NCBI GenBank assembly: GCA_002104945.1
Contig: MCFH01000005.1
Location: forward strand, 124,001 to 188,000
DNA: 64,000 nucleotides
Direction: 5' to 3'
From: Piromyces finnis finn
Taxonomy: Eukaryota; Fungi; Neocallimastigomycota
Shown: in pieces, positions 33,707-47,781 of the stretch
Position numbering within the stretch: the stretch's first letter is position 1
Layout: each line of letters begins with the position of its first letter
Program-made: the position numbers and the translations under genes
The notes under the pieces: model-generated
The model's database searches: none
What the model was told of the DNA's origin: nothing
What the model saw: the letters and a program-made list of their open reading frames with translations, nothing else

Positions 33707-36700
33707 TTATTCCATATTTTCATCAGTGAATCCTGCTTCGAAATCTTCACTATAATCTTGGTCTCTAAATTCAAAATCATCATTATTAAAAGAGTCTAAT
33801 GATTCTGTATCTCCAATGAGATCTAAGATATTTTCACTGTCATCGTCATTACTAAATTTATTTGTAGTTGGTATATTATTAATACTTTTTTTTTGAAATA
33901 AACTGGAATTATTATTATTTATATTATTAGTATCATCAATGTTATTGAATTTATTACTAGTAACTAAATTATTAAGGTTTGGAATAATTGAATCTATTCC
34001 TTCATTCATTGATTGATATTCAATTGAACTACCTATATTTATATTCTTAATTTCAATATCAACATCTTCTTCTATTTTATCTATACTGCTAAATTTATGT
34101 TGCTCTAATATATTTTCATTTAAAGAATTTTTGATATTATTATAATTATTATTTGTATTATTATTATTATTATTATAGTTATTATTATTACCATCATCAT
34201 CATCTTCTTCCTCAACAACGATATCATTATCATCAACAAAAACATCATCATCATTATCATCATCATCATCATCATCATCACCATCATTGTCGTTTCCATT
34301 TTCTTTATTAAGAGATAATTGCTTTATCCAATTTATACTTTCAGATTTTTTAGATTTATCAATGTTTAAAGCAACATTACTTCCAGATAAATTTTCCATT
34401 TTTAAAAATGAAAAAGAGTCATCCTGTAATGTTTTTTTCTGAGGATGAATAAATATTTTATTGTAATTAGGTTCATTATTAAAATATTCTTTTTCTTCAA
34501 TTTGCTCTAATTTTTTATTTAAAGATAAATTTTCATCTATTTCACTTTCATAACTATTATCAATAATTTCCTTGTCATTTATTTCTTTTAACCCACTTTC
34601 ATTATTATAATTATCAAATTTTGATATATTTTCTTGAGACTTTTTAATAATATTTATTGTATTTCTTTGATTATTTATAAACTTCGGGGGATCTACTTTA
34701 AAATCAGAATAATCTTCATTTGAACTTTTTAATGAAATATCTTCTGATATACTATCACTTTCACTCTCATCATCATCATCATCTTCATTATCATCAACAT
34801 CATCATCATCATCATAATTATTTACAATTTTATTATTTATAATCTGGTTAATAGAAGTTAATGCAGTTTTATTAATTGGGTTATCAATATCTACTTTATT
34901 CCATTTTTTCATTTCGGTATCTCTATCAACTAATTCAAGAATACTATTATTATCATTAATTCCAGAACTATCATCTTCTCTTTCTTCTTTTATATTATTA
35001 GTCAATTTATCACTAATTGACTCAGAGCTTTCATCCCAATCAGCCTCTGCATCTTCATCTATTGAAAACGATTTCTAATATTATATATAAAATAATCAAT
35101 ATAAGAGTAACGTAATATTATAATATAATAAATTATATTAAATATAAAGTTACATATTTACTTGGACATCATATTGATAATTAGGATCTCCAGGTTTGAT
35201 TTGGTTTTTCATGAATAAGATATCCATATGCTTTTTCCTAGCTATTAACTCAGATTCACTATTAATTAATTTAATGGAAGTTTTCAATTAGAGTCGTTCA
35301 GTATTAGTAATAAAGAATATTATTTGTTAATACGATTATTACCTCACTTTATTTAAATCTTCATTTATAATTTTATTATTTTCTATACTTAAATTGTCAC
35401 ATATACTTTCACTTATATTTTTATGTTCATTTATAATAAAATCATTTTTAGATATGTCACTAATTAAAATATCATCGAAATCATCTTCTTTTCCTGATTC
35501 TTCTTTCTTTTTTATTTTTGAATCGTTTTCATTTTCTTCTTTTTTCACTTCCTCAACTACTTCATTAACTTCATTTATATATTCATCATCTTCATCTTCA
35601 CTTTCATTTGGTGTAATTGCTTTTGGTATTTCGTCATTACTTTCAATTAAGATTTCTTCTTTTTGATCTTCACTAGGATCACTATTTTCAGTATTTAATT
35701 CACTTTCAGATATTTCTTCAAAATCCTCTTCAATACTTTCAAAGTCTTGCTCAAATGATTTTTCATAATTATCATTATCTATTAAATATCCTTTTGAATT
35801 ATTATTACTTAATTCTTCCTTCTTACTTATGCTATCATTTTCAAAACTATTCATACTATAATCATTTTCTCCATGATTCTCAATATTATCTTCTATTTCA
35901 GTATTTGAGTTTCCATCATATAATTTATCATCTTTCAGTAAATTAACATGATCTATTTCCTTTTTATCCTCATTATTATTTAACATACTTAAAATTTGAT
36001 TTTCATTATTATCATCATCTAATATATCATTTAGAGATAATGATGATCCTAAAAGTTTATTATTACTTTGAGATGATATTTTAGATATATTTGGTTCTGA
36101 TTTAGACATATTATCACGAAGAAACGATGGTGGTTGTAATGAATTAAGCGATAATAAACTTCGAGTCGGTGTTGAAAAATTGTAAATATTATCTTCATCG
36201 TCATTTAATACAAAACTTTGATTATTATTAAAATCAAGCGACCTTCCTTTATTATTATCATTTTCAATTCTCATATACTTTTTTGTAATAACTTCCTTAT
36301 TTTTAATTAATTTCACAATTCTTTCGATCTATAAGCATACATTAATAAACATTATTATTCATTTAATCTTTAAAGAAATTTTGTTTTTAAAATTTACAGT
36401 AATTAACTAATAAAACTTTACTTGATTTATAGCTATTTTTTCAAGGTAACGATTATACTGTTTATTAAGTTGTATGGCTATTTCATGTGGCGAGAGATTA
36501 TTTTCATTATTCTTTAAAGCTCTTATTGGTATACGAACTCTACGATGCTTAACTTTATTATTAAAATTCATTATTAATTAATAAAATATGTATACAATAT
36601 ATATTAATATAATTATTTAAAACCTTTCTGATTATCTTTAATGTTATATTCAATATAAATTTGGGGTTCATTTTGCTTTACTCCTATTACTGTTGGATTA

Positions 36701-36738
36701 ATATTCCAATTTGATGGAATTACATCTAACTTCGGCAT
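33707..36738 (-). CDS. CEP19: CEP19-family centriole/basal-body protein, greatly expanded by acidic low-complexity regions (~950 aa)
   Basis: N-terminus GVKQNEPQIYIEY...KHRRVRIPIR...EIAIQLNKQYNRYLEKIAINQIERIVKLI matches the CEP19 N-half. Downstream EDLNKVSESELIARKKHMDILFMKNQIKPGDPNYQYDVQKSF...DWD matches the CEP19 C-half (DLNKLD..EL...K..MD.LFEKNQ...DPNFVYD). Confidence 0.8.
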
Positions 36739-36843
36739 TTTATATCTTATTTATTATTATAATAATAGAATTTTTTTTTTTAAAAAAAAATAAAGAATCC
36801 TTTTTCAATTATTATAGTAGAAATATATTTATTAAGAATTAAG

Positions 36844-36874
<31 letters not shown>

Positions 36875-37156
36875 TAAATTAAAACAATATATCATAAAAA
36901 TTTAATTAACTCCGAATTAAATAATTATTGATGTTATACTTATTTATAATAAATCTTTATTATGAATCTTTATTTCATTTTTTATCATTAACAGTAACTT
37001 CGAATAATGTATTATTGTATTACATTTAATATATTTTTTTTATCTAATAAATTTTTATTTTTAATTTTTTTTTTTTAAAAAAAAAAAATTTATAAATATA
37101 TAAAACAATATTTATTTATTTTTCACTATTTTTATTTAATTTTTAAATATATCTAA

Positions 37157-37159
37157 TTA

Positions 37160-37228
<69 letters not shown>
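37157..37228. repeat. (ATT)n microsatellite just downstream of the CRD1 stop
   Basis: Directly visible. Confidence 0.9.
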
Positions 37229-37229
<1 letters not shown>

Positions 37230-37274
37230 TTTATATAATATTAAATCAATTTCTTATAATCTTGGATTAGTATT

Positions 37275-39240
37275 TTACTTTTCGTTTTTATTGATATTAT
37301 CAAATGAAATATCAATTGCGTTTCTATTAATAATATATTCCATACCAGAAAACATCGTTGTTGAGAATACAACACCTTGTAAATATTTAATTATACTTAA
37401 TCCCGGTGATAAGATAGTCAAAGCTAATAAAATAATTTGTAAAGTTGTGTTGATCTATAATTATAAAAGTTTAAAATTTCTATTATTAACCTATTTTTAA
37501 TAAAAAAAAATTAAAGTTAGTGTTTATACCTTACTTATGTAAGATGGTTTAACTCTCATTTTAAAATGCTTTATTTGTGAAAGCGTACTTCTCTATATAA
37601 GATATAAGTTTGAATATTAGCTATATTTATATATTATTTTTATTAAATTATTATTATTATTATGTAATATTTACAGTATCAATAAATTTTTTTACAACTA
37701 AATAGATAGACCCTAATAATAAAAAAATATCTCTTCCTAATATAGCAATAGCAATGTATTCTAAAAATTAATATAAATATAAATAAAAAAAAAAAAAAGT
37801 TAATCAATATTTATTCTTTTTATTATTATTAATTATTAAATATAATTTTGTGTTACTTGGCAATAATTTTCCAATTGAAAGTGATATTGTTGAAATCATC
37901 ATTAATATTTTATCTGCTAAAGGGTCAATAACAGAGCCCAATTTACTTGTCCAATTAAATTTTCTAGCTAAATAACCGTCGAACTAGAGAATTATTAAAA
38001 ATGAAATAATAATATTATTAATATTAATTTTCAAAATAACCAAATAATAAATAATATGTTAATATTAAATAATTTATATACAAAATCCGTAATCCCTGAA
38101 ATAGCATATAAAAAGCAAGCTTTTTTCATTTTATGGTTTACAATCAAATAACCAATTATTGGTGAAGTTAATATTCTACTTATACATAGTATATTTGGTA
38201 AATGTTTCAATAGACACTAACAATTTATTTTGTTAATTTCTTTGTTAATTCGAATATATGTATTTTATTATAAATTTATATACCTCAGAATTACTTTTTG
38301 AAAAAGTTTTTTGTTTCAATTTATTTAATTCATTATTTTCTTTTTCATTTGTTTTGATTATTGTTTCATTTTTTTGCAATTCTAAAAAATTTTCTTTATT
38401 ACAATGAACGCTAGTTTTAATTACATTAGCATTGCTTTCTTCAAGATTTTGTAAAATTTCATCTGAATTGCCTTTTTTATCAATAAGAGAATGAAAAAAT
38501 TTTCTTTCCTCTATTCTTTTCTGTATAATACTTTTATTATCTAAAATGAAAATATTTTTACAATGTATTTCATTATTAAAATATCCAGTATTCTTATTAT
38601 TATTTGATAAACTTAATTTTAGAGTTGAATTAGGTAAACTTTCTTTCTTTAAATATAAATTTCTATAATATATATAAATAATTTATTAAAATCAAATATT
38701 TTTTTTTAATTATATATATATATAAAAGAAAATCTATAATTACTTACGCTGAAACTCCTTGAAATTTTACATTTGATATACTATGGTAATTAATTTTATT
38801 TATTTTTATATTCAATGCATTTTTAAACAATCCAGCTAAATTTGTTATTATACTATTGATTTTTATTAGATAATAATTATAAGAAAAGTTTATAGTTAAA
38901 TTTAATTATTTATTAATTATAGAATAAAGTATAAATATCAAATATAATATATATTTATTTAATTTACCATTCATTTGACTTTGTTTTTAAAAAAAAATTG
39001 AATGTATTTAATGAATTCATCTTTGCTATTTATTAATCCAATTATTAATAGTTATCTTTTATAAAATTAATATGAATGAAAAAAAAAAAAAAAGATTTTC
39101 TATATAAGTAATATAAAATATTTATAAATTAAAAGAATAATGTTTTAATGTTTTTCATTAATTTGCTTCTACTATATTTTATAAAAATTAATTTTTTACT
39201 TACTTATTTTCTTTTTATTCCAATATTTATGTAAAAAGCA
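37275..39240 (-). CDS. CRD1: Cardiolipin synthase (CDP-alcohol phosphatidyltransferase) with a long N-terminal extension; 5' end uncertain
   Basis: HLPNILCISRILTSPIIGYLI...YAISGITD/FDGYLARKFNWTSKLGSVIDPLADKILM carries the CDP-alcohol phosphotransferase motif D-G-x2-A-R-x8-G-x3-D-x3-D, followed by ILGRDIFLLLG and SYISKINTTLQ typical of CRD1. Stop at 37275. The start codon could not be fixed. Confidence 0.85.
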
Positions 39241-40038
39241 TTTCTTTCTTTTTTTTTTATTATTTAAATAAATATTAGTATTTTTTAAAATGTGCTTCAG
39301 CAAAAAATAAATTTTTAAAGGTAATACAAAATTATTATTTTTTAATCTATATACATAATATATACTATTAATAAAATAAGTTTAAAAATTAATAATGAAA
39401 TTCTATAATAATTATAATTATTATACTTTTACAAAATTTATGAAATATATATGGATGATGAATAATATTTATTACAAATAAATTAAAAAATATATATAAC
39501 TCGAGAACTAAAAAAATTTTAAAAAAATAAATTTTTAAATTTTTAATTTAATGCGAATAAAATTGCTGTGATGAAAAATTTAATTTTGCTTTTTTTGTTT
39601 ATTTTTTAAGAATTATAAAGTTAAATATTAAAAAATATTGAAATATTATTCTAATACTCTCAAATAATTTATTAAAAAATATTAATCAAAATTTTAATAA
39701 TTATTAATTTTTATTTTTTTTTTTGTTTTGTTTTTTTTTTTTAGTTTACTTATTTATTTGTTTGTTATTTAAATAGATATTTTTATTCATATTGAATATA
39801 AAAAAAATATAAATATTGAAAATAATATATATATTTTATTAAGAATAATTATAAAAAATTTGTTTCTCAAATTTTAATTTTTTTTTTTTAAATTTCGAGT
39901 AATAATATACTTCAATAACATGAATATTAATTAGAATATAACTATAACTATCAGTAAAATAGAAAGAGGTTATTTATGAAATTATTTTTAAAAATAAATT
40001 AAATTTAATAATAAATAAAAAATAATACAAATATTAAA

Positions 40039-43000
40039 ATGTCAATTGCAGCAATATCATATTGGTAAATTATGTTTTAACAATAAATAATATATTGTAT
40101 ATATAATATTTCTTTAAACTAAACTATAAATTAATAATATTATAATCATAGTCATTCATTTGGTTTAAAATCAAGTACAAAAAATTGCTTAATTTTTGTG
40201 GATGATTCAAATTTAATATATCCTGTTGGATCTAATACTATTTTATATAATATTGAAACAAAAATACAAAAATTTATATCATCAAGTTCAAAAAGTGAAG
40301 AAATAATATGTTACGCTATATCAAATAATCATAAATATTTTGCTATATCTGAACGATCCGAAAAACCTGTAGCAACAATATTTGATATGTTTTCATTAAG
40401 AAGAAAAAAAGTTATTACATTACCTGATACTGAATCAAAAGTATAAAATAATAATAATAATAATAATATATTATGATCATAATTAATATATAATTATTAA
40501 TGAAAGAATAGTTATATGTATTTTTAATAAATGAATGAATAAAGAAAAATAGTTAGAAATCGGAACTAATTAATTTGATATTTAATTTTTTAGGAATTTA
40601 TATCTATGGGATTTTCTTATGATGCTAAGATGATTGCAACTTTAACTGGAACTCCAGATTGGACAGCATATCTTTGGATATGGGATAAAACAAAAATAGT
40701 GGCATCGGTTAAATGTATAATTAATATTCCAACACAAATGAAGTTAAAAAAAGATCTAACAAATACTAATGCCCAAACTACAGTATCTCAAGATAGTAAA
40801 GTTTTAATAGCAAATAATATGCATTCAATATCATCAGCATCATATATAAATAATAGTTCTTTGAATGATAATAAATTTAAATCATCCAAAAGTACATATG
40901 AGAAATCCAAATCAGATTATAATCAAAATATATTAAATGCTCAAATAAATGAAATAAGTATTAACCCGATAGATCAATTTCAGATATTAGTTATAGGAAA
41001 TCAAATTTTTAGACTATATAAATATCTTGAAGGTACCTTAAAACAAGTTCCTTTACCTAAAATTGAAAATAGGGTATATAAAAATAAGATTTTTTATTTT
41101 AAAAAATTAAAATTGAACTTTAAATAATTTTTCAAGAATTTTGTAAATTAATTTATCATATATAATTATAATTTTACATACAATTTGTGTTTTAGAATTA
41201 TTTAAGTCATGTATGGACATGTCATGGTCAAATTATTGTTGGTACAGATGATGGACATATATTAATATTTGAAAATAATGGCGATTTAAAACAAGATATT
41301 AATAATACAGTTGGTCCCGAAAATACAGTAGTAGGCGTTTCATCATTAATGCTATTTAAAAATTCATTAATGGCTGGTTGTACAAATTCATCAATTGTAT
41401 TATATGAAAGAACTTCTATTACAACAAATATAAATAATAAAAATATAAATCTACAAAATTGTGAACAATTTGAAAAGGTTAAAGAATTTACATTGAATAC
41501 AGAGATACCAACAAGTGTTATCAGTTTATCTATTAATCCAAGTGAAGATACTATAGTATGTGCAACAAGTAATAATCAAATATTTTCTGTCATGTCAGTA
41601 AATTCTGAATTTAAAAGCGATGAAACCAGATTTGAATTATTATCTCAACCATTTCATTATGGAAAAATATATAGGTATATATCTTTTAAGAAAGGTTATA
41701 TATATATATATATGCATTTAACGCAACAAAAAAAATGAAATTTACTAATAATATTTTCATTTATCTAAAAATTAGTTTAGATACATGTATAAGGAAGCCA
41801 TTATTGGTAACATGTGGTTCAGATAAAAGTATTCGTATTTGGAATTATTTAGAAAATACAAATGAAATTACAAAATTCTTCAATGATGATATATATAGTG
41901 TTTCCTTACATCCTAGTGGTTTAAATATTTTAGCTGGATTTAGTGATAAATTAAGGTTAATGAATATTTTAATTGATGATTTGAAGCCATACAAAGAATT
42001 TAATATTCGTGGATGTAAAGAAGTATGATAATATATATAAATATATAAATATTATATTAAAAGAAAATACTAATAAATTATAAAAACAGTGTAAATTTAG
42101 TAACGGAGGACAATATTTTGCAGCAGCGTATAGAAATTGTGTTCATATATTTTCAACATGGAGTTTTGAGAACTTATGTAGTTTGAAAGGTCATTCATCA
42201 AAAATTCAATCTATATATTGGTCATTAGATGATAATTATATCATTACCTCAGGTATTGATGGTGCAGTTTATCAATGGTCTCTAAAAGATATGATTAGAG
42301 GTGAATGTAAAAGAGGTTCTGAAAGCTTTTTAAAATCATGTTTATATACCTCAGCTATATGCTCAAATGATTGTAAAAAGAATTATGCAGTTGGATCAGA
42401 TAAAACTTTGAAGGTGATAAAATGTTTAAAATATATATATATATATATTTTAATATATATTAAATAAAATATTGTAAACTGTTAAACATTCTTTTAGGAA
42501 ATTCAAGATTCACAGATTACAAAAGAATTAATATCAGATGTTGTCTATACAAAAGTAATAATATAAAATAAAATATGATTGTAATAAAGAAATAACTTTA
42601 TTATTAATTTATAAATTTATATTATAAATAACAGTTAGCAATATCAAATTCAGGAACAATGTTATTTGTTGGTATGATAAAATCATATAACTTTTATTTA
42701 TTAGTAGTAGTTGCTTATATCGTTATTTTATTAAATCATCAGCTTATTTACTATAATATATTACATTATAGGTACAATAACAGGTGCTTTACGTGTTGTT
42801 AAATTCCCGTTAATGGAAACAAAAGTATGTGAATATCAAGAACATAAAGCTCATTCAGATGCAATAACAGCATTATGTACATCGGCAGATGATAAATATT
42901 TATTTTCGGCTGGGATGGATGGATCAATTTATATGTATAAAGTTTATGATAGAGAAACAAAAATTACCCAAAGAAAAAAAGAAGAAATATTATCAGATGA

Positions 43001-45162
43001 AGTATATTTTATTTTTATAAAAATAAATTATTATGGATTAAAATTAATATTATATTAAAATTATATATATAAAATAAAAAGATATTGGTTTCAAGAACAG
43101 ATGCCGAAGAGCAAGTTATTATGCTCTCAGATTTACGTAAAAAAGTTGAGGATTTAAAAATGGAAAATGAATATCAATTACGTTTAAAAGATATGAATTG
43201 TAATGAAAAAATTAAAGAAGTTACAGGGAAACTATTGCAAGAAATTGATTCATTAAAAATGGCTACTGCTCTTATTAAAAGTGAAAAAGAAAAAGAAGAA
43301 AATAAATTTACTGAGGATATTAATCAGGAAAAAATAAAACACTTGAATGAAATAAATGTAATCCTCCTCAAATATTTAATAAATTTCCAAAATATATTAA
43401 TAGTTTTTATTCATTATAATTATAAAATACTCAAAATAAATTAATTTTAGGAATTAGAAAATATTCATAGAGAAAAAATTGTTGCTGAATTTGATAAATA
43501 TAAAGCGTTAGAATTGAAAACATCTGAATTACAAGAAGGATGGAAAAATCAAATTTCATTATTGAATGAAGAAAAGAATAATACCCTGAAAGAATTAACA
43601 ACACAATATGATATAAAGTTGAAATCAAAACAGGACGAAATATTAAAAGTATTTATATTTTATATTCATTTAAAATATAATAAATAATAACAAAATATAA
43701 ATATATATATATATATTTAAATAACTATTATTATAAAAACAAAGCTACAATCAGATATAAAAAAATTGCATGATGAATTTGAAGAAACAATAAAAGAAAC
43801 AGAAGAGGACGCTGATATAGAAATCCTTGAATTGAAGCATATGTATGAAAAGCGTTTGAAAGATGAAAAAGAAATTGGTTTGAAATTGAAAAGTGAAAAT
43901 GGAATTATGAAGAAAATGTTCAATTCCCTTCAAAATGAGATAGATTCCCACAAAATTGATATTTCTAAAATGAATGTAGAAGAAACAAAATTGCATAATA
44001 TAATTAAAAATTTAGAAAAGGATATATCTAGTTTTAAAAAAGAAGTAATTATTATTTTGTTATGTTTTATTTTTTAATTTTCAAAAAAAATTAGTAAAAT
44101 AATAATAATTATTATTAAATAAAGATTCAAGAAAGAGATGAGACTATTAGGGATAAAGAAAAAAGAATATATGATCTAAAAAAGAAAAATCAAGAATTAG
44201 AAAAATTTAAGTTCGTATTGGATTATAAAATCAGAGAATTAAAAAATCAAATCGAACCAAGAGAAAGAGAAATTGAGTCTATGACTGATCAAATTAAAGT
44301 AAATTTAATTACTATTAATTAAATTATTAATAAATAAAATTTGTATTATTATTAAAGTTTTATTATAATTTATATAGGAAATGGATAATGAATTAGAACA
44401 TTATAATAAGATAAATTCTAATTTGGAATTAGTAATTGACGATTATAAATTAAAATTAAATGCATCGGAAAAAGAAGTTAATTTAGAAAAGGAAAATGTC
44501 CTAGCTATTGCCTCAACTATAAAAAGATTTAAAATAGAATTAAGTGAATGTATGCAATATATTATGGAGCCAAAATTATTAAAAGTAAAATTAAATATTT
44601 AATAATATATTTTATATAGCCAAGAAATCAAAAAAGAATTAATAAAAACATTCTCTTTAACATTAATAATTAGCAACATATAAAAAGATTATATCATAAA
44701 TATTGTACTGAATCTGAAAAAATTGAAACAATTCAAGCTGATATTCAACAAGAATACTTTAGACAACGTGATTATCTTGAAAAAACTATATCATCTCTAC
44801 GGAAAAAGGTTAAAAAAGATAAAGAATTTAATAGAACAAGTAATTATAACTTTATGAAAGAAAATATTACATTAGTTAGGTAATTATTTAATACATATAT
44901 ATTTAAAATTCCAATGTTTAAAAATATTATACTAATAAACTCTATTTAGAGAAATTAATTATCTTAGACGTGCAGCCAAGAAAAACCAATTTATGAATAA
45001 TAATAAAAATAATAGTTAGTAATCAATATTTTAAATAATTATTAATATACAATTTTTTATTAATATACTTTTTTCTACATTAATACACATTTTTTAAAAG
45101 TTACATTACCTAAATGTTTACCAACAGTTCAGCAAACGATATCTGTGGAAAATACATCATAA
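40039..45162 (+). CDS. CFAP57: Cilia- and flagella-associated protein 57 (WDR65): WD40 repeats plus C-terminal coiled coil, multi-exon
   Basis: [15 protein letters not shown]...[13 protein letters not shown]; [10 protein letters not shown]; LRRKK; LTGTPDW; [24 protein letters not shown]; SLHPSG...[16 protein letters not shown]; [12 protein letters not shown]; [20 protein letters not shown]. The last small exon is inferred from a GTTAGT donor. Confidence 0.93.
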
Positions 45163-45745
45163 AAAAAAAAATCTTGCTATTTAACCAAACTTATTAATAT
45201 GCATATACAAAAAATTAAATCAATGTATAACATCTATTATTAAAGTTTAAAAATCTTTTTTTTTTTTTTTTTAAAATAATATCAATAATTTTACAATAGT
45301 TATTTTAAATATAAATAATCGATTTTAAATTTAATAGATAATACTATTTATATTAATAAATTAATATAATAAAATAACAATATAGATGATTAAATACAAT
45401 TATAAATTACCAGAAACATACACTATAATACAAGTTTATTATAATTGATGATTAGAATTTTTATTTTTATAGTTTTTCTTTTTTATTATGTTTAATAAAT
45501 TATCTAAAATTAAAAATTATGATATTAAAAATTACAAATGGTTTATTACTATCACTGTATTTTATATATGTATTAAAGAGAGATAAAATACTTTTTTTTT
45601 ATTACTTCTTTTTAATATATACTGTTAAAAAATAAACATTTGTTTATCTAAAGTTTGTGATTATTTTTTAATGACATTAAGTGGAATACAAAAGAAATAA
45701 CTAATATTAAATTAACTTTTTCTATTACATAAGAAACTTTACAGT

Positions 45746-47345
45746 TTAATAATTTTCGTCAATATTTTTTCTCCACCAACTTTTAATACATGGATAATAT
45801 TCCGGATGAATACATGTATCATTATGATGAACACCATCGAATCGATACCAATAAACATTATATTGTTCATGAGGTAATACTTGTTCAGGTGTATCTGGTT
45901 CAATATTACTGTTTTCTTCTATTTCTCTTTCTTTTTGAGTACTTGCTTCACGTCTTACGTTTCTTAAAATTTTACAAAACTCTTCAAACTGTTTATTTGG
46001 AACAATTTCATCTAATTCACTATTTAACATTAATACAGGAATAAATTTTTCAGTTCCATTAATTTTTTTTTTATACGTAAATTTAAGTAATTCTTTTTCT
46101 GATTCCCATTTCTCATGACAAAGAAATGACAAAGGACCTAACCATGGAAGAAGATTTGGGATTAATTTTCTCTATTATAAATATTATTCATAAAAATATT
46201 AGCTTTTACATTAATTTTTACATCATATTTTATTATTAAATTCTTGTTTTATTATATTCATTAATATTATATAATTTCTTATTACCATTGTTAAAAAAGT
46301 ATTCTCTAAAATAACACCTTGGACACTATCCTGATTTTCTGCTGCTAAAAATGTGGCAACAGCTCCTCCAATTGATTGACCAAAAAATACAAGCTTTGAA
46401 TCTTTCAAATCTGGACGTTGTAAAATATATTCGAGAGTGCTCTTTTATATCAATGATAAATATGTTAAGCACATTAATATATTATCATCAATATTAATGA
46501 TAAATAGAATTATTTATACCTGTGCATCAATTTTAATTCCTTCTTCTGTAGCTTCCCCTTCACTAAAACCATAACTAATATAATTATTGATAATATATAA
46601 AATAAAATAAAAAGAAATAAATTAATAAATAATACTAATTAACTATCTAAAATATGAATTTTTAAACCTATATTTTTTTAGTCAAATTAAAACTTTTTTT
46701 TTATTGCCACTTAAATATTTATTACAAAATATATTATATTTAATTACCCTCGATATGAAATAATTAAAACATTACAACCACATTCTTCAACAAAAGATTT
46801 TACGATAGGTAAACGATGGCCCTTATTCATTTAATATTTATTAAATATAAATATATATAATAAGTTAATAAATAAAATATTGAAATTAATAATTAAATCA
46901 AAACAAAAAAAAAAAAAAAGAATTTATATTTTTATCTTTTCAAATAAAAATTAAAATATTTTTTATATATTATTTAAATCTAGATATATATATATATTGC
47001 ATAAATATACGGATAAGTATATTCAAATTCCAAATTTACCATATTTCCAGCATTTGCATGGAAATAAACTAACATCGATTTTGCTAATTTTGTTTTTTCC
47101 ATATCTAAATATTTTTTAACTAAAAAGGCTTTAATTTTTACTCCATCTTTCGTATTAATTTCTAAATCTTCATAATCGTCCATTTCGAAATCTTTTGGTG
47201 TATAAGTTACTTTTCGTGAATCAATAGGACAATTTGCAGCATAAATTATTTTATTTTGTAACTTATAAATAATAAATCCTGATAATCCAACTATAAACGA
47301 AAGAATAAATGTTGAATACTGTATTATATCATAATTTACTTTCAT
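45746..47345 (-). CDS. BEM46: BEM46/ABHD13-family alpha/beta hydrolase (depalmitoylase-like) with an N-terminal membrane anchor
   Basis: N-terminal hydrophobic segment then YKLQNKIIY; YFHANAGNMGHRLP; ISYRGYGFSEG; nucleophile elbow FGQSIGGAVA; ILENTF; catalytic D (DEIVP) and H (VHHNDT). Confidence 0.9.
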
Positions 47346-47781
47346 TTTGGCTAATATTATTATTTCTTATTAGATTTTTAGTTAATAATCTTTTTTCTTT
47401 TAATTTTTCAATATTTTAATATAAAAAAAAGGTTTTTATTTATTTTAAAATTTTTAATTTTTATCTTTTAATATATTTTTATAATTTAACCTTCAAATTT
47501 ACTTCATTTGCTTTATATCACTTTCCCATTAACAAGTGTTTTTTTTTTAAAAAAATTTATTTCAATTTTTAATATATTTTAATTACATTTATTAAATATA
47601 TTATTTAATTTACTTTTTAATTAAATTACTATATTAATATTAAATTATAAATAGATTATATAATTAAAAAATAAAAAAATATTATTACACATTAAGTTGA
47701 AAATTACATGTTTTTATGTACAATAAATAAATGTCAATAAAATTAATAATTATCTTATAAAATTTTCTTATATTTATATTA

